Shown: positions 17,182-26,166 of the stretch, piece by piece
Layout: each line of letters begins with the position of its first letter
How positions within the stretch are numbered: the first letter of the stretch is position 1
Sequence record: MH816966
DNA: 64,000 bases
From: Escherichia phage FEC19
Reading direction: 5' to 3' (one strand)
The notes under the pieces: model-generated
The model's database searches: none
The model's input: the letters and a program-made list of their open reading frames with translations, nothing else
Told to the model about the DNA's origin: nothing
Program-made: the position numbers and the translations under genes

Positions 17182-17733
17182 ATGCCACATTTTAAAATTG
17201 AACAAATCGCCCTGTCAATTCCAGATGCTCAGCGCGCACAGGATTTTCTGGCTAAAATCGGCCTGACAGAATGGTTCCATGATCATGTTGTTGCTACTGG
17301 TCGCGTATTTGAAGCTGATGACTTTAAAGGTCAGCGCGGCGATTGCACCAACGAAGCTGACTTGCGCTTCAACTATCAAGCTGGCAACGGCACCGATGGC
17401 GGCGCTGGTAAGCCTCTTGAACTTGAAATTCTTGACTACACGAAAGGCCGCAACTGGATTAACGAAAACATCGAATACATCGATGCACATGACAATCAGG
17501 TTAGCCATCTTGGTATGCACGTGACTGCCGCTGAACTTGCTGAATGGCGCAAGTTCTTTAAAGAAGAAGGCATTCAGGTTGCGCAGGAAGTTGTGACCGA
17601 CTCTCACACCAACCCAAACATTGCTGGTCAGCGTCGTTACAACTATGTGATCTTTGATACGCGTGAAATCATTGGTGTCGACCTTAAGTTCATCGTGCGG
17701 TTGAATCAAGACGGTACTCCGTACACTGTATAA
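17182..17733 (+). CDS. VOC/glyoxalase-fold protein (tentative)
   Basis: N-terminus HFKIEQIALSIPDAQRAQDFLAKIGLTEW has the glyoxalase/bleomycin-resistance-like pattern. Confidence 0.45.
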   Translation: MPHFKIEQIALSIPDAQRAQDFLAKIGLTEWFHDHVVATGRVFEADDFKGQRGDCTNEADLRFNYQAGNGTDGGAGKPLELEILDYTKGRNWINENIEYIDAHDNQVSHLGMHVTAAELAEWRKFFKEEGIQVAQEVVTDSHTNPNIAGQRRYNYVIFDTREIIGVDLKFIVRLNQDGTPYTV

Positions 17734-17749
17734 CGAATCGTGAATCTGT

Positions 17750-17775
17750 GGCCGTCCTAATGGGCGGCCTTTTTG
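17750..17775 (+). terminator. rho-independent terminator
   Basis: GGCCGTCC-TAAT-GGGCGGCC followed by TTTTTG. Confidence 0.65.
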
Positions 17776-17787
17776 TAGGAGGCCAAT

Positions 17788-18330
17788 GTGTTATTTCTCC
17801 CTTATGACTTCGAAACAACCGGATTAACCGTGCACCCGAAAGCGCCGCTTGGAATGCAGCCGCGCCCTATTGAATTTGCAGGCCTGTTGACGGATGGAAA
17901 AGAGATTCTTGAAACTTTCGAGTTCATAATTAATCCTGAAATTGTGATTGAAGAAATCATCACAAAGATTACCGGATTAACCAATGAAGACCTTGAGTGC
18001 AATCCACCCTTTATTCATTTCGTTCCGCAACTAAAAGACATCTTCAAGAAGACTGATGCCACTATCGCGCACAACCATGCGTTCGATAAGAACATCCTTG
18101 ATTATGCATTGCAGCGCGAAGGTCTTACACTTGGTGATGTTAATTTTCCAGAAATAAACATTTGTACAGTCGAGCAAACCTTGCCTATTTTTGGCCGAAG
18201 AGTTAAGCTTCAAGAGCTGTATGAATTATATTTCGGAAAATATGAACAGAAGCACCGTGCATTAGACGACGTAATATTACTGCACAAAGTCTGCCAACAA
18301 ATTGGCGTATATGACATCTGGAGTAAATAA
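17788..18330 (+). CDS. DnaQ-like 3'-5' proofreading exonuclease (DEDDh)
   Basis: Exo I LPYDFETTGL, Exo II HNHAFDKNIL, Exo III HRALDDV; GTG start after GGAGG. Confidence 0.85.
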   Translation: MLFLPYDFETTGLTVHPKAPLGMQPRPIEFAGLLTDGKEILETFEFIINPEIVIEEIITKITGLTNEDLECNPPFIHFVPQLKDIFKKTDATIAHNHAFDKNILDYALQREGLTLGDVNFPEINICTVEQTLPIFGRRVKLQELYELYFGKYEQKHRALDDVILLHKVCQQIGVYDIWSK

Positions 18331-21227
18331 TGTTTCCACAATTGAGAGTTCGCAGCGGTTACACGTTCAAAGAAGTATATGGACGGCATCCTGAAATTAT
18401 AGCACGGCTCAAAGAGTTGGGCTGCGAAGTCGCGGCATTAGTTGATAACAATACATGGGGTCACGTTCGCTGGGAAAAGGAATGCCAGAAAAATGATATT
18501 AAGCCTATGTTCGGCATGGAGATTCCAATCATCGACCCTGATGCGGACCCGAAAAAGGGATTCAAACCGAAGGCTTGGATATTGGCGCTTGACCTGAAAT
18601 CCTTTTACAATGCGACCACGCTTGCAACACAGCGCGGCGGATTGACCCGTGCAGAGTTCGGGGCGCTGGATGGCGTCGTTAAATTCTGTGGCGGTGCCGT
18701 GGAGCTGCTGCGGCCAGAGGACTACGATTATATAGACGTCAACCCATCATCGTTCCTTTTGGCCAAGCGCCAGGTATTGGCTCACCGCAGCAACGGAAGG
18801 CCGCTGGTTTTAACCGGATACAACCACATGCCTTCACCTGAGCACGTTGACTTTGCTTATGCTTGGGAAGTGCGCGACACGGTTAAGCCGCACTGCATCG
18901 TTGACGCGGAAGACTTGCGCAAACAGCTTAAAGGAATCCTGACCGAAGATGAGTTGAATCAAGCAACGGCCAATGCGGTTGATATTGCAAACGGAATCGT
19001 TGGGCTTGACCTGAAGCTGCGCAAGGCACCGATTATCCACCTTGCTGGTGACATGGTAAAGCTTGCTCGTGAGGGGATGGAGTACCGCCTCAAAGCAGGT
19101 CACATCAAAGAATGGACGCAGGAATATGAGGACCGATTCAACGAAGAGATTCACCAGATTCAGCTGAAAGATTTCGACTCATACTTTCTGGTGGTAGCGG
19201 ACCTTGTACGATTTGCAAAAACAAAAATGCTCGTCGGACCCGCTCGCGGCTCATCGGCTGGTTCACTGGTTTGTTATTGCCTCGGCATCACGGAAGTTGA
19301 CCCAATCCCGTATAAGCTGCTATTTGCCCGATTCATCGACGTAAGCCGCGCCGACCTCCCTGATATTGATATTGACTTTGAGGACACCAAACGCTATATG
19401 GTGTTTGATTACCTCAAAGAAAAATACGGCGAAATGAACGTTGCAAAGCTTGGAAACATCAACACGCTTAAGGCCAACTCAGTAATGGCTCAGGTTGGTA
19501 AGAAGTTCAACATTGGATATCACGAAACGGCCAACATTAAAAACGCATTGCTTGAATACTCATCCGGTGACGCCCGTTATGGTCACGGTCTGGAGGATAC
19601 CTTTGCAACAACGACCACGGGCCAAGAGTTCGTGGCGAAATATCCTGACGCCGCGCGATGCATGGGTGACCTTGAGATTCACCCTTCTCACACTGGCGTT
19701 CATGCAGCGGGAATCATTGTGTGTAATGACCCAATCTCTGATTACTGTACTGTAACGGCGGAAGGGATTGCGCAAATTGATAAGCCTGACAGCGAATACC
19801 TTAACCTTTTGAAGCTTGATGCGTTGGGCCTTCGTACCCTCGGCATCATTTCTGATACTGGCGTGATAGATGCTGAAACGCTGTACGGAATCAAGCTTGA
19901 TGATCAAAGCGTCCTTGACATCCTTAACGAAAACAAAATGTCAGGCATCTTCCAGTTTGAAGGTGACGCTGTACGCTCAGTAACCAACTTTGTGCACGTT
20001 GATAACTTTAACAAAATCGATAACCTGACAGCACTTGGTCGACCTGGCCCGTTGTCATCCGGTATGGCCCAAAAATACATCGAACGCGCGGCAGGACGTG
20101 CGCCGATTGAGTACGACGTGCCGCAGCTTGAGCCGTACTTAAAAGAGACTTACGGCGTGTTCCTTTACCAAGAGCAAATCATGGCCGTGGTTAAAGAGAT
20201 TGGTTCATTTGACTGGGCGAAAACATCAGCCGTGCGTAAGGCGATGTCAGGTCGTAAGGGTGAGGAATACTTTAACAAGCTTGGCGAAGACTTCGTTGCA
20301 GGCGCAATAAATAACGGCGTACCGGAAGCGGATGCAAGAAAGCTTTGGCAGGCGATGGCGACGTTCGGGTCATGGGGCTTTAACAAGTCACACTCCGTGT
20401 CATACGCGGTCGTAACCTACTGGACCTTGTGGCTTAAACGACACTACCCGTTGGAATTTGCCGCTGCTTGCTTACGCGCTGCTAAGGACGAAGACCAGAC
20501 GATTGCGATATTACGTGAACTTGCGAAGGAAGGCGTGGATTATGTGCCAATCGACCCTGATCACTCTTCAATGAACTGGACCATCGCTAACGGAAAGCTA
20601 ATCGGCGGCATCATGAACGCTAAAGGGTACGGAATGGTGAAGGCGATGAAGTACATCGAAGCACGTGAAGCCGGAACCTTAACGCAAAAGCAGAAGGATG
20701 CATTGGCCAATGCTGAAGTCAAATACGGCGACCTTACAGAGATGCACACCAAGTTCGGCTGGGCATATAATGACCCATATCTTATTGGCGTCACTTCCGG
20801 CGCTTCAATACGCCAGATGAAGGAAGTAGGCGATGATGAGCGTGCAATAGTAATCGGCAAACTGACCAAGAAAGTGCTGGCAGACGAGAACGAAGCAACA
20901 CGCATCCGTAAACGTCTTGAGCGCGGCATTTACACAAAGCACGGCAAACTTAAAAAGGGTCTTCAAGCTGATGGTCGCTACGCAGAGTTTGACCAGTATG
21001 GAAACAAGCTTGAAACTCAATTCATCGACCTTATGTGCAAGGACGATTCGACCGACTCGCCAATGCGCTTCAGGATTCGCCCAGAGAAGTTCCAGAAATA
21101 CGGGAAGTACATTGCAGAGAACGTCGGGAACGGTGCATTCTTCCTGATGAAAGGCCGCAAGCTTGAAGGTATTGATATGTTCATCGTCGACGTTATCAAA
21201 CAGGTGTATCCAGATGGCAACAAATAA
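18330..21227 (+). CDS. DNA polymerase III alpha (DnaE)-like replicative polymerase
   Basis: 965 aa; PHP-like N-terminus and SHSVSYAVVTYWTLWLKRHYPLEFAAA segment; coupled to the exonuclease gene by TAATG. Confidence 0.9.
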   Translation: MFPQLRVRSGYTFKEVYGRHPEIIARLKELGCEVAALVDNNTWGHVRWEKECQKNDIKPMFGMEIPIIDPDADPKKGFKPKAWILALDLKSFYNATTLATQRGGLTRAEFGALDGVVKFCGGAVELLRPEDYDYIDVNPSSFLLAKRQVLAHRSNGRPLVLTGYNHMPSPEHVDFAYAWEVRDTVKPHCIVDAEDLRKQLKGILTEDELNQATANAVDIANGIVGLDLKLRKAPIIHLAGDMVKLAREGMEYRLKAGHIKEWTQEYEDRFNEEIHQIQLKDFDSYFLVVADLVRFAKTKMLVGPARGSSAGSLVCYCLGITEVDPIPYKLLFARFIDVSRADLPDIDIDFEDTKRYMVFDYLKEKYGEMNVAKLGNINTLKANSVMAQVGKKFNIGYHETANIKNALLEYSSGDARYGHGLEDTFATTTTGQEFVAKYPDAARCMGDLEIHPSHTGVHAAGIIVCNDPISDYCTVTAEGIAQIDKPDSEYLNLLKLDALGLRTLGIISDTGVIDAETLYGIKLDDQSVLDILNENKMSGIFQFEGDAVRSVTNFVHVDNFNKIDNLTALGRPGPLSSGMAQKYIERAAGRAPIEYDVPQLEPYLKETYGVFLYQEQIMAVVKEIGSFDWAKTSAVRKAMSGRKGEEYFNKLGEDFVAGAINNGVPEADARKLWQAMATFGSWGFNKSHSVSYAVVTYWTLWLKRHYPLEFAAACLRAAKDEDQTIAILRELAKEGVDYVPIDPDHSSMNWTIANGKLIGGIMNAKGYGMVKAMKYIEAREAGTLTQKQKDALANAEVKYGDLTEMHTKFGWAYNDPYLIGVTSGASIRQMKEVGDDERAIVIGKLTKKVLADENEATRIRKRLERGIYTKHGKLKKGLQADGRYAEFDQYGNKLETQFIDLMCKDDSTDSPMRFRIRPEKFQKYGKYIAENVGNGAFFLMKGRKLEGIDMFIVDVIKQVYPDGNK

Positions 21228-21636
21228 CCGCGAGCAAAAATACATATTCGTTCCTTTGAAGAAGCATTCAGAATCAATATTGAAGCTTCAACGAATCGAA
21301 TCGATGACTGGTGATGGCGTGCCGGACGTAATCGGCACCAACCGGAAAGGTCGCGGCTTTTGGCTTGAAATGAAGTTCTTTGAATCGTGGCCTGCAAGGG
21401 CCACCACTGCACCTTTCAGAAATGCATTTGAGAAAGGTCAGTGCAGCTTTCTTTCTTCGTGGAATGATTGGAAATACCCATCATTTGTTTTGCTTAAAGT
21501 CGATTCTGAGAAGATGTTTTATTTAGTCCACCCTTCGATTGAATTAAAGCGTTATAATATTGCAGACGTTCAACGTGAGATAATCGTGAAGGGAACTATT
21601 CACCACATCATTAAGTATTTAGAGGAATTGTCATGA
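21214..21636 (+). CDS. VRR-NUC-like nuclease
   Basis: GVPDVIGTNRKGRGFWLEMKF; start refined to MATNNREQKY; sits immediately upstream of the SNF2 helicase. Confidence 0.55.
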   Translation: MATNNREQKYIFVPLKKHSESILKLQRIESMTGDGVPDVIGTNRKGRGFWLEMKFFESWPARATTAPFRNAFEKGQCSFLSSWNDWKYPSFVLLKVDSEKMFYLVHPSIELKRYNIADVQREIIVKGTIHHIIKYLEELS

Positions 21637-23156
21637 AAACACAAGGGATGCGCCACCAGCTTCTGGCGCTTGATAAAGCAGGCCGCAGAAAATACTTTGC
21701 CTATTTCATGGAACAGGGTCTTGGTAAAACTTGGACCGCTTTGGCAGAGTTTGAAAAGCACTTCACCGCTGGCGCGTTCGATGCCATGGTAGTCATCGCT
21801 CCAAACGGTGTCCACTCAAACTGGATTCGTCGTGAAGCGCCAGAGCACCTTTCCATCAAGTGGATTGGGCACTACTGGCGCGGCAACGATAAGATGAAAA
21901 CTAAAAAGGGCAAGGCGCTTTGGGAGAAGATGTTTGCTGATCACTACCCCGAAGGCGAAGTGCCTGCGCGCATCTTCTCATTCAACATCGATACTGTCAA
22001 CACACCAGTCGGTTATCAACACATCGAGTCGGTCTTGAAGAAGTACCGCTGCCTGATGATCATCGACGAATCAACGCGCATCAAGAATAACACAGCCAAA
22101 CGCTCCATCAAGGTTGTGGAATTGGGACGGCTGGCAAAGGCCCGTCGAATCCTTTCTGGCACGCCGTTGCCGCGCTCGCCTGCGGATATTTACATGCAAT
22201 ACCACTTCCTTGAAGCAGGATTGCTCGGCACCAAATCATTCCGTGCCTTTAACTCTGAATTTACAGTGCTGCTTGAAGCGCACGACCCAGAGATGCAAGC
22301 CATCCTCAAGAAAATCGGCGGCAATGGCTATGGGATTCCGCAAGTGCCGCGCAAAGACCAGTTTGGCCGACCGATGTACAAGAACCTTGACAAGCTTATC
22401 CGGCTGATGGAACCGCACTATTTTCGTGCAACAAAAGCAGAATACTTGCCTGACCTTCCAGAGAAGGTGTACAAGTTTATTGACTTCGAGTTGTCGCCTA
22501 AACAACGCGATGTTTACGATGAACTCAAGAATGAGTACAACTATTTGATGGAATACAAGGGCGAAGAAGAAAACGTCAAGTTTGAGATGATCGCGTCGCG
22601 CACTAAGATGAAGCAGGTGACATCCGGCTTTGTTAAGGTGTATGATGAGATGGTCTACATGGAAGACAACCCACGATTCACGGCCTTTAAGGATTATGTG
22701 GAAGGTGTGCTGGAAGATGACCCAGAGCGCAAATTCATCGTTTGGGCCATCTTTAAGGAAGAGATGAACCAGATTAAGGACTGGCTTGAGTCTGAAGGCG
22801 TGGTCACTGGTGTATACAATGGTGAAACGTCCAAAGAGCAGCGAGAGTTCTTAATTGATGACTTCCAGAAGAATACAGTCGAGAACGGCGGAACGCAAGT
22901 CTTGGTTTGCCACGCTGCAGCGGCAGGCATCGGCATCACTCTTACCGCCGCTGACTTGGCAATTTATTATTCTTGCAACTACGACAACGAGCTGCGCAAA
23001 CAATCCGAAGACCGAAATCACCGCATCGGCACCAAATCAAGCGTGTTGTATGTTGATTTTATTGGTGTTGATACCATCGACGAAGAAATTCAGCGTTCAC
23101 TCAGTATGAAGTCAATGCTTGCTGATCACATCCTCGACGGCAAAAAGATGAATTAA
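21633..23156 (+). CDS. SNF2-family helicase
   Basis: LMIIDESTRIKN (DExx box), ILSGTPL, and a C-terminal helicase domain; ATGA overlap with the upstream gene. Confidence 0.85.
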   Translation: MKTQGMRHQLLALDKAGRRKYFAYFMEQGLGKTWTALAEFEKHFTAGAFDAMVVIAPNGVHSNWIRREAPEHLSIKWIGHYWRGNDKMKTKKGKALWEKMFADHYPEGEVPARIFSFNIDTVNTPVGYQHIESVLKKYRCLMIIDESTRIKNNTAKRSIKVVELGRLAKARRILSGTPLPRSPADIYMQYHFLEAGLLGTKSFRAFNSEFTVLLEAHDPEMQAILKKIGGNGYGIPQVPRKDQFGRPMYKNLDKLIRLMEPHYFRATKAEYLPDLPEKVYKFIDFELSPKQRDVYDELKNEYNYLMEYKGEEENVKFEMIASRTKMKQVTSGFVKVYDEMVYMEDNPRFTAFKDYVEGVLEDDPERKFIVWAIFKEEMNQIKDWLESEGVVTGVYNGETSKEQREFLIDDFQKNTVENGGTQVLVCHAAAAGIGITLTAADLAIYYSCNYDNELRKQSEDRNHRIGTKSSVLYVDFIGVDTIDEEIQRSLSMKSMLADHILDGKKMN

Positions 23157-23169
23157 TATCAAAAATAAT

Positions 23170-23198
23170 TTGACTTGTCACGGAAGATGAGTCATAAT
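23170..23198 (+). promoter_or_regulatory. sigma70-like promoter
   Basis: TTGACT-17-CATAAT followed by the TCATCGAAACGAA leader motif also seen at 16271-16284. Confidence 0.5.
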
Positions 23199-23230
23199 TA
23201 CTTCATCGAAACGAAATAGAGGAATACAAA

Positions 23231-23494
23231 ATGGTACGCATCCTTGAACGTTACAAAAATGAAGCTACTGGCGCAATCGCGTTCAAACGTCTTTTGGTCA
23301 AAGAAATTGACGGTATGTTCCGCGTTGTAAAAGAGTTTGATTATGGCAACGGTGCTGGGGTGAATACCGTAATTATGCCTGGCATCAAGGCATATAAGAC
23401 TTTAAAAGGCGCTGAGAAGGCTTTGGCGGCTTGGAAACCTGAACGTTATCAAATGACCCGTGTTGAAGGGCTAATGCAAGAAGGTAAAATATGA
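23231..23494 (+). CDS. hypothetical protein (87 aa)
   Basis: ORF downstream of a TTGACT-17-CATAAT promoter. Confidence 0.45.
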   Translation: MVRILERYKNEATGAIAFKRLLVKEIDGMFRVVKEFDYGNGAGVNTVIMPGIKAYKTLKGAEKALAAWKPERYQMTRVEGLMQEGKI

Positions 23495-24048
23495 GCAATA
23501 TTAATTGGGAAGATGATTTGCCGCAGGTTGCTCCTGAGAGCATTCAGGAGCGTCTTGCGCGCTTAGTATCTGAATTGGCAGAGCGCCAAGAAGCTTTGAC
23601 AGAGCTTGAAGATGAAGCTGATATGCAAAAGCAGCGCATCAGTGAAATCAAAACTGTTCTGCTTCCTGGCGTTATGGATGAGCTTGGCGTGTCCGAAATC
23701 AAGCTTGAAGACAAGACCAAAATCAAGGTCGAGTCAAAAGTAAACGCTTCAATCAAGAAAGAAAATGAATTGAAGGTATTCGATTGGCTTGTCAACAATG
23801 GTTACGGCGGCTTGATCAAGTCCAGCGTCACGGCTGAGTTCGGTCGCGAAGAAATCGAGCAAGCGCAAGAGATTGTTGCCGCGCTGCGTGAAGATGGTGT
23901 TGAAGCCACGTTGAAACAAGGCGTTCATTCTGCTACACTGAAGTCGTTTGTAAAAGAACAGCTGGAAGCGGGCAATCCAGTTAGTGAAGATATTAGCGTT
24001 TTTGAATACAAAGAAGCTAAAATAACCTTGCCTAAAAGCAAAAAGTAA
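23491..24048 (+). CDS. hypothetical coiled-coil protein (185 aa)
   Basis: Acidic, heptad-like N-terminus; sits just upstream of the SSB-like gene. Confidence 0.45.
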   Translation: MSNINWEDDLPQVAPESIQERLARLVSELAERQEALTELEDEADMQKQRISEIKTVLLPGVMDELGVSEIKLEDKTKIKVESKVNASIKKENELKVFDWLVNNGYGGLIKSSVTAEFGREEIEQAQEIVAALREDGVEATLKQGVHSATLKSFVKEQLEAGNPVSEDISVFEYKEAKITLPKSKK

Positions 24049-24107
24049 TTTAACCTTTATCTTGAAATCAGGTTGCCACGAAACTTGATACTATAGGAAA
24101 ATATCAA

Positions 24108-24968
24108 ATGTCTAAGAAAGAAACCACCGAAGTTGCAGTGAAAAACACCCAGATGTCCGCTATGGCTGATTTTGTCGACATGACCGATTTTGGCGCTGGT
24201 TTTGAAGGTGCCGATGCCGATGCGTATGCCATTCCTTTTATCGTCGTACTGCAGAAGATGTCTCCTATGGTCGACGAAGATGATCCAAAACACGTTCCTG
24301 GCGCAAAGGCTGGCATGCTTTACAACACCGTTACTGGTGAGTTGTATGACGGCAAGAAAGGCGTGCAGATCATCCCTTGCGCATTCAAACGCACCTTCAT
24401 TCTTTGGGGCGGTCGCGAGTCCGACGATAAAGGCTTTAAAGGTGAATTCACCAAAGAGCACGTTGATGCAGAAGTCGCGGCAGGCCGCGCTGTTGAGATC
24501 AACGGTAAGGTATTCGTGCCGGACGAAAACGGCAAGGTGCACGAGAAGAAATCTCCTTACTACGCAGATACACGCAACCACTTCGTAATTCTGTTGAACG
24601 AAGAAACTGGTGAATTTGGTAGCGCAATGCTGTCTCTGACTTCTTCCATGATCAAGCCGTCTCGCATGCTGATGACCGCTCTGCAGCAGAAGAAAGTTCA
24701 GACTCCGCAGGGTCTGAAAACGCCGCCGACCTTTATGAACATCGTTCGCATGGGTACTGCATCCCAGTCCAAAGACGGCAACACCTGGTCTGTTCTGAAG
24801 TTTGAGCTGGAAGGTCTGGTGCAGGACAAAGGCCTGTACGAAGTCGCCAAGGCATTCCACAACGACGTAGTGGGCGGTAACGTTAACATCGACCGCAGCA
24901 AGCAGGAAGAAGCAAGCGGTGCCGCTGGTCCTGTCAATGAAACTCCTACCGACGCAGAAGAGTTTTAA
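24108..24968 (+). CDS. putative ssDNA-binding protein
   Basis: Acidic C-terminal tail ending in Phe (ETPTDAEEF), as in T7 gp2.5 and bacterial SSBs; AGGAAAA RBS. Confidence 0.45.
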   Translation: MSKKETTEVAVKNTQMSAMADFVDMTDFGAGFEGADADAYAIPFIVVLQKMSPMVDEDDPKHVPGAKAGMLYNTVTGELYDGKKGVQIIPCAFKRTFILWGGRESDDKGFKGEFTKEHVDAEVAAGRAVEINGKVFVPDENGKVHEKKSPYYADTRNHFVILLNEETGEFGSAMLSLTSSMIKPSRMLMTALQQKKVQTPQGLKTPPTFMNIVRMGTASQSKDGNTWSVLKFELEGLVQDKGLYEVAKAFHNDVVGGNVNIDRSKQEEASGAAGPVNETPTDAEEF

Positions 24969-24987
24969 TCGACAATCAAATCAACAA

Positions 24988-25013
24988 GGCTGCCGATTGG
25001 CGGCCTTTTATTT
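24988..25013 (+). terminator. rho-independent terminator
   Basis: GGCTGCC-GATT-GGCGGCC followed by TTTTATTT. Confidence 0.6.
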
Positions 25014-25025
25014 ATCTGGTGCATC

Positions 25026-25544
25026 ATGATAGAAAGAATTGTACCGCTCTTGAAGATTCTGGCCCTTGTTGGCGCGTTTGCCGCTGGATCATACGTTGAA
25101 GACCTGCAGCAAACCAACGCATCACTGGCCAAGGATAATCAATATCTGACATCGCTTAATGAGCGTAAGGACAAGATAAATGCACTCGAAGAGCAAATTG
25201 CATCTTTACAGGTTGAATCGGCATCGGCATATGAGAAAGGTCGCCAGGAAGCGCAACTGGTTGCTGATGACACTATTGCTCGTTACAAGTCTGGGAATAT
25301 CAAGTTGCGCGCGCAACTCAGCTGCTCCCGTGAGTTACTCAGGAGTATGCCCGACTCTGCGACCACTGGACGCCTCTCTATCCCAGAAGGAAACTGTGGA
25401 CTATCAGAAGAAGATGTCAGTTTTCTTGTTCAGTTCGCCGCAGAAACAAATCGATTAAAAGAGAAAGTTAATAGCTTGATTGATACTTATAATCAGGCTA
25501 AAATAAAAATCGATCAATTCAATGCATCAAAGGAAAATAAATGA
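25026..25544 (+). CDS. i-spanin (Rz-like)
   Basis: N-terminal TM helix IVPLLKILALVGAFAAGSYV followed by a long coiled coil; embedded lipoprotein ORF in the +1 frame. Confidence 0.6.
   Translation: MIERIVPLLKILALVGAFAAGSYVEDLQQTNASLAKDNQYLTSLNERKDKINALEEQIASLQVESASAYEKGRQEAQLVADDTIARYKSGNIKLRAQLSCSRELLRSMPDSATTGRLSIPEGNCGLSEEDVSFLVQFAAETNRLKEKVNSLIDTYNQAKIKIDQFNASKENK
25231..25458 (+). CDS. o-spanin (Rz1-like lipoprotein) embedded in the i-spanin gene
   Basis: MRKVARKRNWLLMTLLLVTSLGISSC signal with lipobox ISSC, then a Pro-rich mature part. Confidence 0.5.
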   Translation: MRKVARKRNWLLMTLLLVTSLGISSCARNSAAPVSYSGVCPTLRPLDASLSQKETVDYQKKMSVFLFSSPQKQID

Positions 25545-26164
25545 AACAGATTTATGCAAACATTCGCCAGTGGGCTTCTGACCGTAACATCATCCAAGGT
25601 TGCGACCTTAAGGACCAATACCCGAAGCTTATCAGCGAGTTCGGGGAGTTAACCGACCACGTTGATCAACTCCATGACCTTGTGTTCTTCGACCCTGAAA
25701 TTGGATATACAGAGCAAGCCATCTGTGACTTGCAGGCAGCAATTAAGGACGACATCGGCGATTGCCTTGTTGTGTTGACCATCCTGGCGGCGCAAAACGG
25801 TACTGAAATCGAAAACATTAATGGCGGCGGTTGTGCTGATAAAGGCGCTCACCCTCATTCATTCATCCTTCGCCTGGCAAAGACCCTTGGACGGCTTGGT
25901 GATGCTATTGCTAAGAATCAGACCATGGATATTGACGTCACCATCATGGCCGCAGTCGATTACCTTTCCGGCGTAGCTCATGATTATGGCCTTCGCTTAT
26001 CCGACTGTGCGCAAGCGGCCTACGAAGACATCAAGGACCGCAAAGGTGTCATGTACAACGGAACGTTCATCAAATCTACTGATCCAGCTTATGAGCACTC
26101 CTGCAAAATGGTAAAGAAGCTGGAACTTGAAGACCGTGTGATCAGAGAAGTTACAGGACAATAA
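25541..26164 (+). CDS. MazG-like nucleotide pyrophosphohydrolase (tentative)
   Basis: EFGELTDHV and DDIGDCLVVLTILAAQNG resemble the EExxE and EExxD motifs of all-alpha NTP pyrophosphohydrolases. Confidence 0.45.
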   Translation: MKQIYANIRQWASDRNIIQGCDLKDQYPKLISEFGELTDHVDQLHDLVFFDPEIGYTEQAICDLQAAIKDDIGDCLVVLTILAAQNGTEIENINGGGCADKGAHPHSFILRLAKTLGRLGDAIAKNQTMDIDVTIMAAVDYLSGVAHDYGLRLSDCAQAAYEDIKDRKGVMYNGTFIKSTDPAYEHSCKMVKKLELEDRVIREVTGQ

Positions 26165-26166
26165 TT

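Noticed and set aside
17215-17709. 164-aa minus-strand ORF
   Set aside because: Antisense to the VOC-fold gene; no RBS; the plus-strand gene has a canonical start context.
24057-24860. 267-aa minus-strand ORF
   Set aside because: Lies entirely antisense to the well-supported plus-strand SSB-like gene in a plus-only operon; Cys/His/Arg-rich junk composition.
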